A stretch of 64,000 nt of DNA from Vermamoeba vermiformis (taxonomy: Eukaryota), in assembly GCA_045837725.1 (NCBI GenBank), contig JBEWZL010000084.1, positions 310,001-374,000 on the forward strand. The letters are read 5' to 3'. The translations under genes and the position numbers were made by a program. This document shows, piece after piece, positions 30,763-47,114 of the stretch; position 1 is the first letter of the stretch; every line of letters begins with the position of its first letter. Below the pieces are notes generated by a model. The model was not told the origin of the DNA. It saw nothing but the letters and a program-made list of their open reading frames with translations, and made no database searches.

Positions 30763-32633
30763 ACGTCCTTAATACATTACGAATGCCTTCTATTTAAATT
30801 TCATAATTTTGGTAATTCGTATGGTTAGAAAATCCATTATCAAGTATTTCTTGTAGGGATTACTAGATCTGATCCGAACGATTTGCATTTTTTCTAACCA
30901 ACGGATCTGCACTCGGGGAATTATAGTTCAAATAAAACTTCTTGACCAATGGGCAAATAAGTCTTTTTTTAAATATTAGCGGAGTTTAATTATGACAAGT
31001 TTTGAATTTCTCTCTAAAAAGTGCGGTTGAAGCCACCGAAATTTTTACCCCAACCGCCAAGCAACTATCGCAAAAAAGTAAATTTTTTTCTTTTACCGAA
31101 TATTGCTTTCAATCAGATTCGTACACGAATTTTTTGGGCTTAAACATATACGGAGGTGCGTATTATCTAAGTAGTATATTGATGAACCCATTCACATTTA
31201 TTATTTCTTGGCGAGTGCTAGCTGACGACGGATCTTGCCCAAGCGTTGTGCGTTTCGAAGATTTCTTGGTCGTGCCATAAGCTATATGATAAAATATACT
31301 ATTAAAGCGCAACTTACCTTTTGATGCAGCCAGCCACAGAAGTGAAAACAGCTCATGTACGTGACTTGACTCTGATTGCCATTCAGCGCGCAATGTCAAT
31401 GCCGAAATAAATGATCTCTGCCTTCTAGTAGCCGTTCTGACCTGCTGGTTGTTTGTCGTGCGGCACTGACACACCGTACACGAGGTATCTTGCCCAGAGC
31501 GGTCACTTTGAAGGCTCCCGCGGCCCACAGTGACCTCTACATTTGTTCGTGGAAGTAGATGGTAACTCGAAAATTCAGCAGTTTGAACTTAATAGAAAAA
31601 GAACTAGTTCGGCCGTTAGTACGTTCACCTTAAGTAGAAAGACCTAAAGATAAGCATACGCATTAGTTAATCCTGCTGATATGTTTCGAAGAACCACGCG
31701 ACACTACCGTTTCTTTGAAAACCAATCAGAAACTTCCTTTTTGGTACACGGTGGTTAAATTTAAAACTACGGTCGAGTTTACTTTGTTTCACCTACATAA
31801 CCCGATACTACACTACAAATGGACAAAACTTCTTTTGAAATGCCAATGGCAATGAGCTGCTGCACCGACTTCGAAGCTGAAGGAGGAAATCCTGACGGTG
31901 GATTGTACGTTCCAATCGAAGAAGGTGACGGCCCCATAAACCAATACAGACCCCCGAAATGAAAGCGAAAGTCTTCTGGTATCCAGGACTAGGTGTATTA
32001 CCCCAACCGCTGTATTACCCATTTTTAAATCTGGTACAATAAACTGCTTTCAAAGTGCGTTACCTGGTAGTTACTCCCATCGCTTAACGTCGCTTTAAAC
32101 TTATGTATAAAACAATCGTCTTTTTTTATAATCCAGTCAGAAGCAAGAAGTATAGTATTTATCGGTAGATCAACTTACATTAATTTAAAAAGCTAGAAAT
32201 AGGCACATTACAACATATGTTTTGTGAGGTATCTAATAGCTCTACCATAAAGGCTTTTTAGTTGGAAAGTTGTTGAAAATCCAAAATCGATTTCGCCATC
32301 TTAGACAAGAGAGATATCGAATGTTATGCCGATCTAATAACACTTGATGTCCTTTTTAAAGACTAGAACAGCTATGGCAATGATTTATAGTACAATTCCT
32401 ATGCTTGGGTAGTATTTACAGTGAAGCCTATTACCGTACAAGGCAATCCACCTATTAAGGTGTGACTGCAAGCACTTGATCCACGAGGCCATTCAACACG
32501 AGCACACTCGGTGAGTCATTCAGGAAGATCCCATGCGTCGTAAGTCCATCCGGGGTCCTTTATTGAAATAATTAGAAATTGATGTTAGTTAAACTTTGCG
32601 AGTCTTAAATTCAATATTTTAAATTAATTTTAC

Positions 32634-32950
32634 CTCTTTTGTCGCCTCTCTAGCAAGAATATGGACTTTCCAAGGTCTAGAGCTCGCTAAGAATGCTTTT
32701 GCAATGTCGGATCCCAAACCAAACGCTTAGCTTGTAGCTCCTAATATCATACGTTTTTATATTGCTCCATATTTGTTGCGTCAGTTTGAGTAATTTAAAC
32801 GCAAATAAATCAAAATTTATGCTGTTTGGCGTGGTTCTTAGAACGTTCTACTCGTACAAATTAAATTACGATGTCATACGGAAAAACGGCGAATAATTGT
32901 GAATTTAATACGCTTAAATTTGACGGTCACCTACAAGAGTAATTCAAATA
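32634..32950 (-). pseudogene. NmrA/isoflavone-reductase-like Rossmann-fold pseudogene fragment
   Basis: Spliced ITLVG|ATS*AFGLGSDIAKAFLASSRPWKVHILAREATKE resembles the GATGxxG beta1-alpha1-beta2 start of NAD(P)-binding NmrA-like proteins. In-frame TAA at 32727-32729 and TGA at 32944-32946. Confidence 0.5.
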
Positions 32951-33029
32951 ACTTTTTTTAGCAAAAATATTTTCTTTCTCGATCTCGAAAAATGCCAGGC
33001 TTAGACAAACTTGTCAAAAACTCACCGAT

Positions 33030-36000
33030 TTATTTCTTGCATTTGTTATAAATAATTGAACCAACAATAGCCAACGCAACTCTGAAATCTCAATGTTAGT
33101 ACGAAATATTTTTAGACGTGTCCAGATCTGTTTTCTAACGTACCCTACACCAATAGTAGTAACGATAATAATACCCCAATTGATTCTTGATGCGTGCTCG
33201 CCGGCTGAAACAAACTTCGCGTCAGGAACATCGATAAAAATGCGATGTGTCGTCTGAGCCTCGTTCAAAATAGGCGCAAAGCCATCGCATGCAATTCCTT
33301 TAAAAAATTAGTATAAGCATTGGTATAGTATTAAATAATATTAATCTGATATATACGTACTTGTTTCAGTATATATTCTCTTGCCAAAAATGAATCGTGT
33401 CGGATCCAGATCCTTCGGTGACCACGAAACTATGATGCTGTCTTTAGACTACAAAGCCAACATTAGCCCCCATAACTCATAATATAATAGTACTCGGCAA
33501 GCACTACGTACAGCTAATTGTTTCTGAGTGAGTGGATAATATTGGTTTCGCTCGTTGTCGGACAAATACACAAAGTTGAAAATGTGCTGTTTTAAGGCCC
33601 AAGGAGGCATACGGCTCAACGCCATCTAATTTCATCAATAATTAGTATACTACGGCCTATTATAATAGAAAATAATGACATGAAAACATAAATTTTTTCG
33701 TACCTTTTCGGTCACTACCACATAAGTAAAATTGCCTTCTTTGGTCTGGTTGATTCGATAATTTCCATCTGCAAAGCCACAGCTCAACAAAAATTCAAAA
33801 GTGACCGTGTCGTTCATTTTGTAGCTGTAGCAAACGGGATCTTGATCGTATATGAGCCCTGTTTCCGCGTCCTTTTGGTACACGCACTGAGGTTCAGGGC
33901 CCTTTTTGAACAACTCGCACGTGAAAGGACGGGGCTTGGAACAAGTAGCGCCCATGAAATCAAGTGGGCATATACATCCTTCGTAAGTAGCCTGTGCAAA
34001 AGGTGATAGTCAGATCCGGATCTCTTGAAAATAAATATGACTCACCATTTGATTGCAGTTATCGTGACAAGGATACTCTTGCTTCTGATAAACACAGCTC
34101 TCAGTCTTGCAGCCAAGCTAATAAGCAAAGTATTGTTAGATCCGGATCTAATTGACACACCCACTTCAAGCATATTAAATAACAATGATAAGTGCTTACA
34201 TTCAAACTTCTGCAATCTAATATGTTGTCACGGTCGGCGCAAACAATTTTTGAGACAGAGCAGTTGGCGGGAATGTCACTGATGAACGGCTGAACCTTGC
34301 CATCACACGCCAACTGAAAGGTGTTTGATTAGCCTCAAGTAATCACAACGCAATTGCAGAATGATATTAACTTGCCTCAGTGATACGACAGAACTCATTC
34401 TCGCTGTGAAGGCTCGTGACTTGATTGTCACAAGTGACCGACAAAATGTTCTCGCAGAAAATGATTGGTCCCTGGTAGGTACTGTAATCGTAGTTCTCAC
34501 CACCACATTGGATCTATTGTACATATATATGTTAGTATTATTAAGGCCATAAAGCACGTCTAACTTACAATCTTAGGCAAGCACTTCTTGGATTTGTCGT
34601 TTTGACACGTGCCATCGAGTGTGGTTGGCGTGCACAACGTGTCAATGACTGACCCAGAGCAAGTTGTGCCAATGGCTGTGCATTGACTCTTAGTGCTCAC
34701 ATCCGTGCACGGCGTATTGACTTTCTTGCATTGAGTCGCATTGACTGGTCTGCCTGTTGGATCTTGCACAATCACACCATCACATTCCAACTACAGCAAT
34801 TATAACATATAAGTTACTAATTCGTGCATTTTAGGTTGCGTGTTAGTGTCAGTAAGTTATTTTTAGGCAGCAAAAAATGTCGTGTTGGATGTGGGTTTTA
34901 ACCTTACCTGCTCGTTGGCACAATAGTAATTAAACACTTCAAAACCATAAAACTTGAAACCACAGCCAATCTATATAACAATAAATAAGCACGTTGTATA
35001 ATAATAAATGTGCTGTAAAGTGTGACGTACTTGTACTTGACACGTGTTGATCATACTTGGCGTAATTTGAGCTCCACCGTATTCCGTCGAATTACCGCAC
35101 AACACCTATTAAATATCATTAGCCCTGGGCTACTAAGCATTCATTATAAAATTAGGCATAAGCCAAAAATAGAATCAGAAGTTACCTTTTGCAGTGTGCA
35201 CGAGTCACTCACGGGGTACTCGTATGTGGTATTCGAGCACAACAACTGTGCATTATTGTTAGTCCTATTTATATTCATGTATATGATAACGACTTGCCTT
35301 TGTAACAAAGCATCCTTCAATGCTCGCTGGTGGGCCGTTGGCAGCGACATCCACAATAACGCCATTACAGCTCAGCTGAATTTATGGAATTATTAATAAT
35401 TTAAATTTAAATATCATCACTATGACTTTTAATACCTCTGTCACAGTACAATTTTTGCCTTGACAAGTGTTCTGTAAAATACGAAAATTAGTAACGAGAA
35501 AAGCGGATGTTGCACGGACTCTGTAACGACGTTATCAAAAGATAACAATTGCATTTAAATTTGCATAAATATGCCTACCATTTCTTTAGTAATATTTCCC
35601 ATATATCCGTTGTTGACGCACTCGTTGAAAGCTGAAATTAATCAAATATTAGCCGCATTATTTCATGCTTAAATTTAAGGTAGTAATAAAGCAATATTAA
35701 TCACGATTTTAGAGAGCGGTATTAATAAATTGGATACTTTAGGTGGTTATAATTTTCATACCAGTTGCATCCGTGACACTACGCTTCTCTTTAGCTGAAT
35801 CATTGTCGTCATTAGCTGAAGGATATTTTGATAATATTGATTTTCTATTAGCAGCCACACTGCTCTTTTTCTTAGTGAAGCTTTCAACGGATTTTTGAAG
35901 GTAGTTCGCGTGTTCTTGAGCTAACTCTTCGACGCTCTTGCCAATATCCTCAAATTGCTTGAATGGGTTGAAAAGTATCGATAATTTTTCGGTAAATGAA

Positions 36001-36107
36001 GGCGTAGGATCGTTCTTCTTCGGCAACAAGCTCAGAAAGTTAGCATCCGTAACTACAAATAATAAACATAAAGATACACATAAATATACAAATTTTACAC
36101 GAGACAT
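33030..36107 (-). CDS. Type I membrane protein with Cys-rich ectodomain
   Basis: Signal peptide MSRVKFVYLCVSLCLLFVVTDA; many short Cys-rich exons; C-terminal TM INWGIIIVTTIGVG|VALAIVGSIIY then NKCKK*. Stop at 33030-33032. Confidence 0.8.
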
Positions 36108-36374
36108 GACTCGTCTTTGTTATTTACAAGCACAAATAATGACGAGGAACTCCGACCACCATAAAAAGGTTTTGCGTTTTCGTACAAAGTCCGCAAAAGA
36201 AAAAAAATCCCGTCAAATAAAATTGATAAAAATTGATTCTGTTTGTCGGTCAAATTCAAACCGAAGAATTTTTATCGCTCCGCTGACCGTCATTTGCCAA
36301 CCACAAGTTAACGATATATTTATTTTAATATAAATTAGGTCACCTAAAATTACGAAGTGACGGATTAACTGAGG

Positions 36375-38745
<2,371 letters not shown>

Positions 38746-39232
38746 TCGCGCAACATCCGCATCTGCAATTCGGTAATTTGACAGGTTTTTATTCAAAACT
38801 TTCATTTTATCGAGATTGCAGATGAATCTTATTTATTGTGGTAATATTCAAAGTCTTAATTATTATTGTACAAAGAACACGACGTTTTAATGCTCGAGCT
38901 TGTAAATGGTTAGCGCCGTTAATTATTTTATTGTTTTAAAGCTGTTATTGTAGTAAATAAAACCTTATTTAAACTATACTTGCAATGCTTTGCCTCGTTG
39001 GATTTGTTCCGCTGTTGTACATCTCGTACGTTGCGCAATCCGTTAACAAGTAAATTCTATACTTGATATACTTGACCTGAAATTGGCACTAAGCTACTCA
39101 CCGCTCATAACCAATTGAATCAAGAATTAAATAGGTCGGTGGGTAGTCGACCCCAAACTGTCGTTTTTCCGTTAGTTGATTATAAATTTTGTTTCTCTGA
39201 TTATTTTTCTGTTATTATATATTGCAACATAA

Positions 39233-41985
39233 ATGCGAGGACGGGCAACGAGGAGTTCGTTTACGGGCTTCGGCTCGCATAAGAAGTCCAGATCTATGTA
39301 CGATCTGCAGCAGCTGGCAGATGAAGATCTGGATGAGCTATTTATCAATGTAAATAATAGAAAACAGTTATGGTCATGGATGTTAACAGAATTAGCAATG
39401 GAACCGTTACACTGGTAAGCCAATATTTAATTGTGGTATTTTTAAAGTGACTGAAAGATTACAATCGATAATTAAGCTATTTTCGTAGTTAAATTAATTA
39501 TAGCTACTGCAAAAAAGATCTAGTTATCGAACAAATTAAATAAAAATCATTTTTTATCTTTTCAATAACCGAAATTCAAGATCTGACGTAGCGCGTATTT
39601 TTGGCGCACATTTCTTATAAATTATTATTATTATTAAATAATATAACTTAATGGTATAATACCCTCTATACGATACAAAATTTGCGCGGGATCTAATCTG
39701 TCTAAAATAGGCTGGCAATCTCATATTATCTTCAAATGCTTATCGATAGCATGGCAAAGCAATATTCAGGAGAAGACTGCAGGACAGCATTTGGATTAAT
39801 AAGGCTACGACCAGGAGCCCTGGTTTCATTTTTTGTTCAGTTTGCGATTTTAATCGATTTTTTGGTGTATTTTTTCTTCGGTAAGTTACTATAATATTAT
39901 ATAATTTATTATTATTCTTACATATTTGCGTCCGGAGTTGTTCACACATTGTCGCACAAATCACAATTGAATTAAATGCCGCTACTTCCCGACACTAATC
40001 ATTACTACTAATATTCCTGATAATTATGAGAATATTAATTATTTAATTAATTTTAATCTGCTATTTATAGGCGGCAAACAACGATTCAATAAGAAATATC
40101 TTTATGTCTTTACCAGTATTTTGGCAATCGGCATGTTATGCACTATCGCTTATATGACCGATATATACATGTACTGGGTCGATGGATTGATATTATTGGG
40201 CATTTCTGTATTCAAGTCGTTGGCGCAAGTCGGATCTGCTTCATTTTTGCCAGCCTTCGCAAGAGTACGAAAGCCCTCATTACACTACTAATAGTGAATT
40301 TATAATTAACATATTTATATTTATAGCGAAATAGAGCTGTGTACAAGAAAGCATTGGATCAATTATTTTTCTACAAGACAGCACTCAGTACGTAAATCAA
40401 ATCTACCACTATTTATTTGCAGCTTCAAGCTATTATGAGACAATACAAGACTATAATAGGGAATACAACTAATAATATCTAATCAGATTTTGTGCTTTCG
40501 GCGCTGGTTTTGCCGTTTGTTGTGAAGTTGGCAGTGCCTCGCGGAATTCCCACCGAATGTACGGAATATGAAGTAGCCTCCAATTATGCAGAGATTTGCA
40601 GGTACGCTATCAAAAAATATAGAACTAATAAGACATGTTATTAATTCTTTTGTTTCATACGTGAAGATTGGCAGTGTTTTTCTCAGCCCTGTGGTGGTTT
40701 GCACTCATGTGCTGGTCAATGTTTTTCCCGTCACACGTGGCACAAGAGAATACAAATACTCCGGGATACATCTCAATCGCTCATCAGAGCTCAAGCTGCT
40801 TTACTATTTTGGTTAAGGGTACGTACCAGATCCGCGATACCTCTTAGATTATCGTTCATTTTTCTTCGTGCCAAGTGTTCAGTTATTAATTCTTTTGTTG
40901 AATTATAGCCACTAGTGTCGTTACTGGCTCAAAGGCATTAAACAGAATGTTCTGGGCGTGGGTGTTTTATTCAGGCGCTGTCAGTTTTTTGCTGTAAGAC
41001 ATAGAACTCTTTGAATCTTAATTTTCTTAACCTAAACACTATTAACAGAGTAATCGTGTGCAACTTTGCCGTGCAAGAGTTAGGAGCAAATGCTATTTCC
41101 AATTCGGCCTTGTGGACTGAGGTACATTTTATTAAATTTTTCACTAAGTTTTAACGCTCGTTTATTTGTTTAGATTGCATTTTTCTCGTTGGTTGGCTTG
41201 AAGTTGTCGGATTACACAGTGACTAACGGCTATTTCAACGATAAGTCATTGTTGTCGTTCAACTTGGTGTCGTTGTTTGCTGCTACTTTGATCATGCTTT
41301 CTGGCTTTTACTTCGAATTAGGTACGTGTAATTATAGTTAGGATAAGTTATAGCCGACACTGACATAATATCAATAGTGCCTTGGTCCTCGTGGGTTATT
41401 TACACTCTTGGCGCCATTATCGGTTTGAATGCAGTTCCCGCGTACTGGAATTCGCGTAATTTATATTTGACTTTGACGCCGCTTACTGCTGAAGAGATGG
41501 ACATCAATTATTTGTTCACTTTGGTCGCTAAGCGTAAGTACTGTTTTTATTCTGTTTCCAACTACCGAATCTTTTCCGTGGATGCACTCCCAGAACACTT
41601 TGTGCTAGGGTCTTCAAGTCTACGTATACTACGGAAATATTATTAACTATTTGATTTACAGTTACTGCATTTATTGGACCTGTTTTGGCTACATTTACCT
41701 TCGACGAATGGTCAACTTTCCGATGGTCGTTCTTCTTCCCAGGTAAGCGCTATAATAAGCCCAATATGATACACGAACTAATAATATTAATATATAGCTG
41801 TTGCATTGTTCATTGGCGCGTCGGTATTGCAAACAGTTCCGGCTCCATCCACTAACGGCAATGGCAAGCATCACGATAGCCATTCATTGCCTACTACGCA
41901 CTCCCCGCATCATTATGAAGAGACTAATTTCGATCAAGGAATGCTGCATCATCATTATACCGAAGATAAATACGCTCAATCCTAG
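39233..41985 (+). CDS. MFS-fold transporter, Atg22/UMF1-like
   Basis: About 12 hydrophobic segments over many exons. KQLWSWMLTELA, SFLP and RLAVFFSALWWF resemble Atg22-family motifs. Stop TAG at 41983-41985. Confidence 0.7.
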
Positions 41986-42297
41986 ATCTGAAAAAAAACT
42001 TTGGAATAATTGTAATGATATAGAAAGAGCATAAGAAATTTTGGTAGATAACATTATAATCTGCGGCAATTTGTATTTATGTAGTAATTGCGAGTTGAAA
42101 ATAAAACTAACTTTGCAATAATTATTGAAGAACGCTTAATTTTCGAAGAAGTTCTCTTTTTCTTTATTGAGTTCGATGTGCGTATACAGCTTATACGTTT
42201 TTATACTGTGTGATCCGCCACGTGCTCACCAATTTTCGCAATACGAATTTCGTCAGCTTTTAATTTCACTCCTCCTGGAATAATACAACACAATGCA

Positions 42298-44308
42298 ATG
42301 AGCGACAATAGCTACGTAACGAGTAAGTCGCTCGAGATTGAGCGTGATCGGTCGGCAGACAAAGCCAATAAGAAGAGAAGCATGCTGCTCAAACAAGATT
42401 CGATCGTCAAACTAAATATTGGCGGCTATAAGTAAGTACTAGCAATTAAATAACATTATGATAATAATTACCCGAACTTTCTTCACCGCGGCCTTCGGCG
42501 GATCGAGAGATAATTTTTAATTTCGAGGAGCGAACAATTTATGTAATTAATTTTGTACCTTGTTTTAAAAGAGAAATTCTGCATTTTCTTAATTATATCT
42601 CTTGATAATTACGATTAAAATTTAATATTGCGTGTTACAAAACCGGATCGCGAGGCAAATTTAGTCTTGACCGTTTATTAATTTATATTTCGTATTGTAG
42701 GTTTGTTACTACAAAATCCACATTAAATTCAGCCGGAGAAAGCTTTTTTACTTCATTATTGAACGGTAATATGCCTTCTACAGTCGACGAGGATGGATGT
42801 TACTTCATCGATCGGGATGGTAAGCCTTGATTTTGAATGAAATCAATAGATATTCAATTAATATACTTTCTAAACGCGTATCTTTTTTGTTTCTCAATAA
42901 ATTCAATTTCGCGGCCTAATTAAAATTTAAATTGTTTCTTTTTCTATTTATGGAAAGTGGACTCAACGCATCCACATCAAAATTGATCTTTTAATATACT
43001 TTCGAACCATATTAATGTAATGTTATCACTATTGGCCTGCCATTTTATCGTTAATTCGAGTTTTCTAACGGTTGATTTTACGTAGGAAAATATTTTGAGC
43101 CGATTTTGGAATATCTCCGGACTGGCGAGGTTAATATACCACCGTCCATGCGCAAAGAGGTTATACAACGCGAAGCTGATTTTTATTCGATTCGGTTGCC
43201 TTCACAGAAAACTACGGACCTGATCTACGATGAGGTACGTTACAAAAGTAAAACCATCTTATAGGACAATATGATATTTTAAATATCTACATATTATACC
43301 GAATTTCACTGAATTTACACCTGTTGCAATTTAATTATTTTGGATCCGCGATTAATTTTAATTTTCTTTATAGGAATTGCTATTGAATGGCATATTCATC
43401 AGCAACAAATACGGCGTGAACGAGATCGTTATCTTCGGGCCTAAGAATAAGGGCTCAGTGATCAGAAGTGCGTGGTCCAAGGGCGACTTTAGCTACCGGA
43501 TGCGCGGCTCAATGATTGAAATTGAATGGGAAAGCCAACAAAATACAAAGTAGGTGTCTAGTATAGTATAATATATAGCACATAAGTCTTATATTATTTT
43601 TTATAAGGAACATTTGGTTCTTCCAAAACCAGTCCCTCGTCGCATCATCGATCAACGAATACGACTTTTTCAAACAATCAGTGGTGCCTGTGCCAGGAAC
43701 AGTGTATCATAACGTCACTGATCCTATTAAGATATTTGATGAAGGTATGTGGCAAATATAGAAATTTTATCGTTCACTGAAAAACGGAATTTTACAATTT
43801 TCATCCATTATAATAGTGCACTTTAATTGCACTATTTAAATTAATACACTAATTATTTGCATAATTAATACTCACAATAACTATCTACTATAATACGAGC
43901 AATTAGCTGACAGTATTAACAAAAATTTCTTTAGGACGAATCTACGGCTTCAGATTTTTGACGAATGAAGAAAGCAAGACTGAAAATGCGTTAGTGATTG
44001 ACATTCGCAATCAATGGGAAATAACGAGCTACGAGCCAGCAGTGTTTTGTCATCAAATCAAATCGTATCATATTAACTTCCAAAGCAAAGAATCAGTGCG
44101 GTATAAGAACTATAATTACAATTATAGCAATCACGAGACAATATTTGAAGAGTGCGATGAAAATTTCACTTTGGAAGTGTTGTCGTTCAGTGAATTCTTG
44201 TTGGCACAGTTAATCTCGTACAAATTGGTGTTGAAGAAAGATAAGACTGTATTGCCTATTCAACACTCTAGGGCTTTTCATCAATATGTAAAAAAGAATG
44301 TAAAATAG
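42298..44308 (+). CDS. KCTD-type BTB/POZ (tetramerisation) domain protein
   Basis: IVKLNIGGYKFVTTKSTL..SFFTSLL..DEDGCYFIDRDGKYFEPILEYLRTG..EADFY is the T1-type BTB signature. Confidence 0.93.
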
Positions 44309-44348
44309 ACGAGTACATAAAGCGACTTAAATTTTTTAAATTCGGATC

Positions 44349-46364
44349 CTACATGTCACATTTTGTTGGCACTTTTAGGAAAATTTTTCCATTCAAAATA
44401 ATAACTTGATCGTAACCAATATGAATTGTATCGATGGCAGGAAGTCTGTGCAAAAACTGATGCTCGAAAGATCCAACCAACTTGCCTGTCTCCCAATGGA
44501 AGGCCTACGATGATCATATTAATTTAGGTTATTCATATTATATGTAATGAGTCACTTACGTGCACAAATTGCCAATCAGCAGTGAATAAAAGTCTGCATG
44601 ACTTATTGAAAGTCATTGCGTTGACGCTGTTTGAGCACGCCATGCGACTCGTCCAACGCTTCAGACCCAAGTCAAACACGGTGATTTTTTTATCGGACGC
44701 CAAGATAATCTTATCTATAAATATAGGGGTTAATATTGAAAGCATAGAACGGTTCCAAGGCTTACTCTTTTTGGGGATCCACATCCGATGCGGAATCCGA
44801 TCAAGTTTAAATTGATTGCTAAAGTTGTTTAAATCAATAATACGAGTATATTGATTTAAATCAAAGCATATCCAATGATGTCCATCAATAACATGTTCGC
44901 TAAAGTTCGTCGAAGATAATGCCATTTCGCTTTTGAACGGAAGACTCTTTTCTGCTAGGAAGCCTTTGCCGTGCTTCCAAATTACCATTTTTGGATAAAA
45001 TACGTAATTTGTTGTCGATTTTGCTTCATCTAGTTCGTGGAGGAAAAACACGATCAGATCCGGATCGAGCTGCGAGGCAAATACTCCTAGTGCTCCGTAA
45101 GGCGTGGGAACTACTATTTCATTACATCTAACTCATTGTTAGTATAGTTATTATAGTAATATTTAATACTTGCTTATAATCTTTGTTGGTATAGAAGTTG
45201 TTTTTGTGCGGGTTTTTGTGGAAAGGCTTAACACAACCGCAATTTCCTTTTAAATCGAAGATTATATGGGCTACATCATTCCCAGAAAAAGTATAGCGTC
45301 GACCGTTCGCCTAGAAAAAAAAATTAGTTAAGATCAGATTTCGGATGTGGATCGATCCTACCAAAACAACGAACCGCGAATTAAATGAAGCGTAGTTCGC
45401 CATAAATCCTTGTAATAAGTGTCTATTTTCTACTCTATTCGCATCTATTTGCAAGCGCGTTGCCTGATAGTCGCCCACATCCGAAGTTGCAAGTTTATCT
45501 CCATCTACTAAATAGTACTGATCTCCGGCTACTAAATATTTGCCGTCTCCTAATTAGGAAATAGTTAGTACTGAATTATGCTGATATCGCTCGAAGGTAC
45601 TGACTGGAAGACAATATTTGATGCTGCGCTACATATCGATTTGGGATCCACTTTTTGTTATCAATTGTTAGCGGATCGCGTTTCAATTGAACGAGTTTTC
45701 CCGCCATTCTAATAAAATTAATTAATTAGCGTTGTAAAAGTAAAAATGTCGGATTTCGTACTTGATCTCGATCGAGGACGTTAGAGTATGAATGAATTGA
45801 CCACTAGAGCCCATTTGAGCACTGTCAGGTGTTGTATATGATGAAGCATAGGTCATAGTCGTTGATTTTAACGTCCTAAAACAGATCCGAAGTTAATCGC
45901 GTAACCGCTTAAAAAAATAAATATTTAAAGTATTTCTTACTTGGCCCAAGCGTGGGCATTATGCAATGTAATGAACTATAATAATATATAAAGTATTAGC
46001 GAAGCTCAAAACGGCAAAACTACGTACAATTCGCTTCCATTTGAATTGTTGAGTCAGATCGACGTTTTTGGGTGACAATTCGCCGTAATAATGCTCTATA
46101 ATCTTCCTCCAAATATCTTTTGCGTCAAAGTATGTGTTCCAGGTCTTACAAACGAGAGATACGTAAACAATATCTTCGAGAGTTAAAAATGAGAACACGA
46201 TCTCGGCTACTTCAGGCGGTAAAATATCTTCGAAGAAATTCCAAGCTGTCAATATATTAGGGTTAATACATGATAGCAAGTATAGCCGATTTAATGCTCG
46301 ACAAAATTAACTAATTTCGTTTTTTAAATTTTATGCTTGAAATCTGCTTACCTTCGGTGTCCAT
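44349..46364 (-). CDS. F-box protein with beta-rich (degenerate WD40-like) C-terminus
   Basis: ILPPEVAEIVFSFLTLEDIVYVSLVCKTWNTY..IW (F-box). C-terminal ITVFDL, VNAMTF, LFTADW, AFHWETGKLV. Stop at 44349-44351. Confidence 0.85.
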
Positions 46365-47114
46365 TAGTTATGCTACAATACTGCTCGTGTGTCTGGTATT
46401 TTTGAAATATAAATGCGACAAAAAAACACGGTTCAAGTCTCTGTATTGAGAATAAAAGTAGAAACAAGACACGCGAACTGTCATTGCAATCAAACCTCAT
46501 TAAAAGCGCCAACAACGCTTTGTACCAATTGTAAAGGTTAATATGATATGCAAATGACCGTTATCATTGACACGAAAGCGTCTGGAAAAAAATAGGTGAG
46601 TTGACGTCCATCTGCGGCGTGAAGAAAACCAATTAGAATTAACTAGAGCATAAAAAAATTTGAAAAATTACGATAATAATTGTTCTGTAATTATGACTTA
46701 CCCTGTTATGTAGGTTCGCCCATCGGTTAGATCCGTAGTTTTACACGTCCCAAGTGGATTACTTAGAAAGCAGAAATGCTAGCAATATTATTGATTATGG
46801 TAGTGACTTTTAGCTTTTGGCAAAATGAGCTTGGCTGGTGCAGAAAATCCGATCGCCCGCCAAAAATACTTCAATAGAACCTTCAAATACAATCAAAAAT
46901 ATCATAAGATTAATCTTCTATTGGTATTTAAATGTTTCTCATTATATAGTGCGTAGGTCAGAAATTCGCTACTGAAAAACGGCCGGAAACTATTGGCCGA
47001 CTATTTATAGAATGGACCATAGGAATTCACCAACAGCCAAATAAAAATGTAGTGGCTTTTATGTGCGCAACTACTGTTATCTTCGCAAGTACATAACATA
47101 AATAATAAGCTATT

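Noticed and set aside
31891-31914. PDGGLYVP peptide resembling threonine synthase
   Set aside because: Lies in a ~40-codon ORF with no flanking similarity; probably chance.
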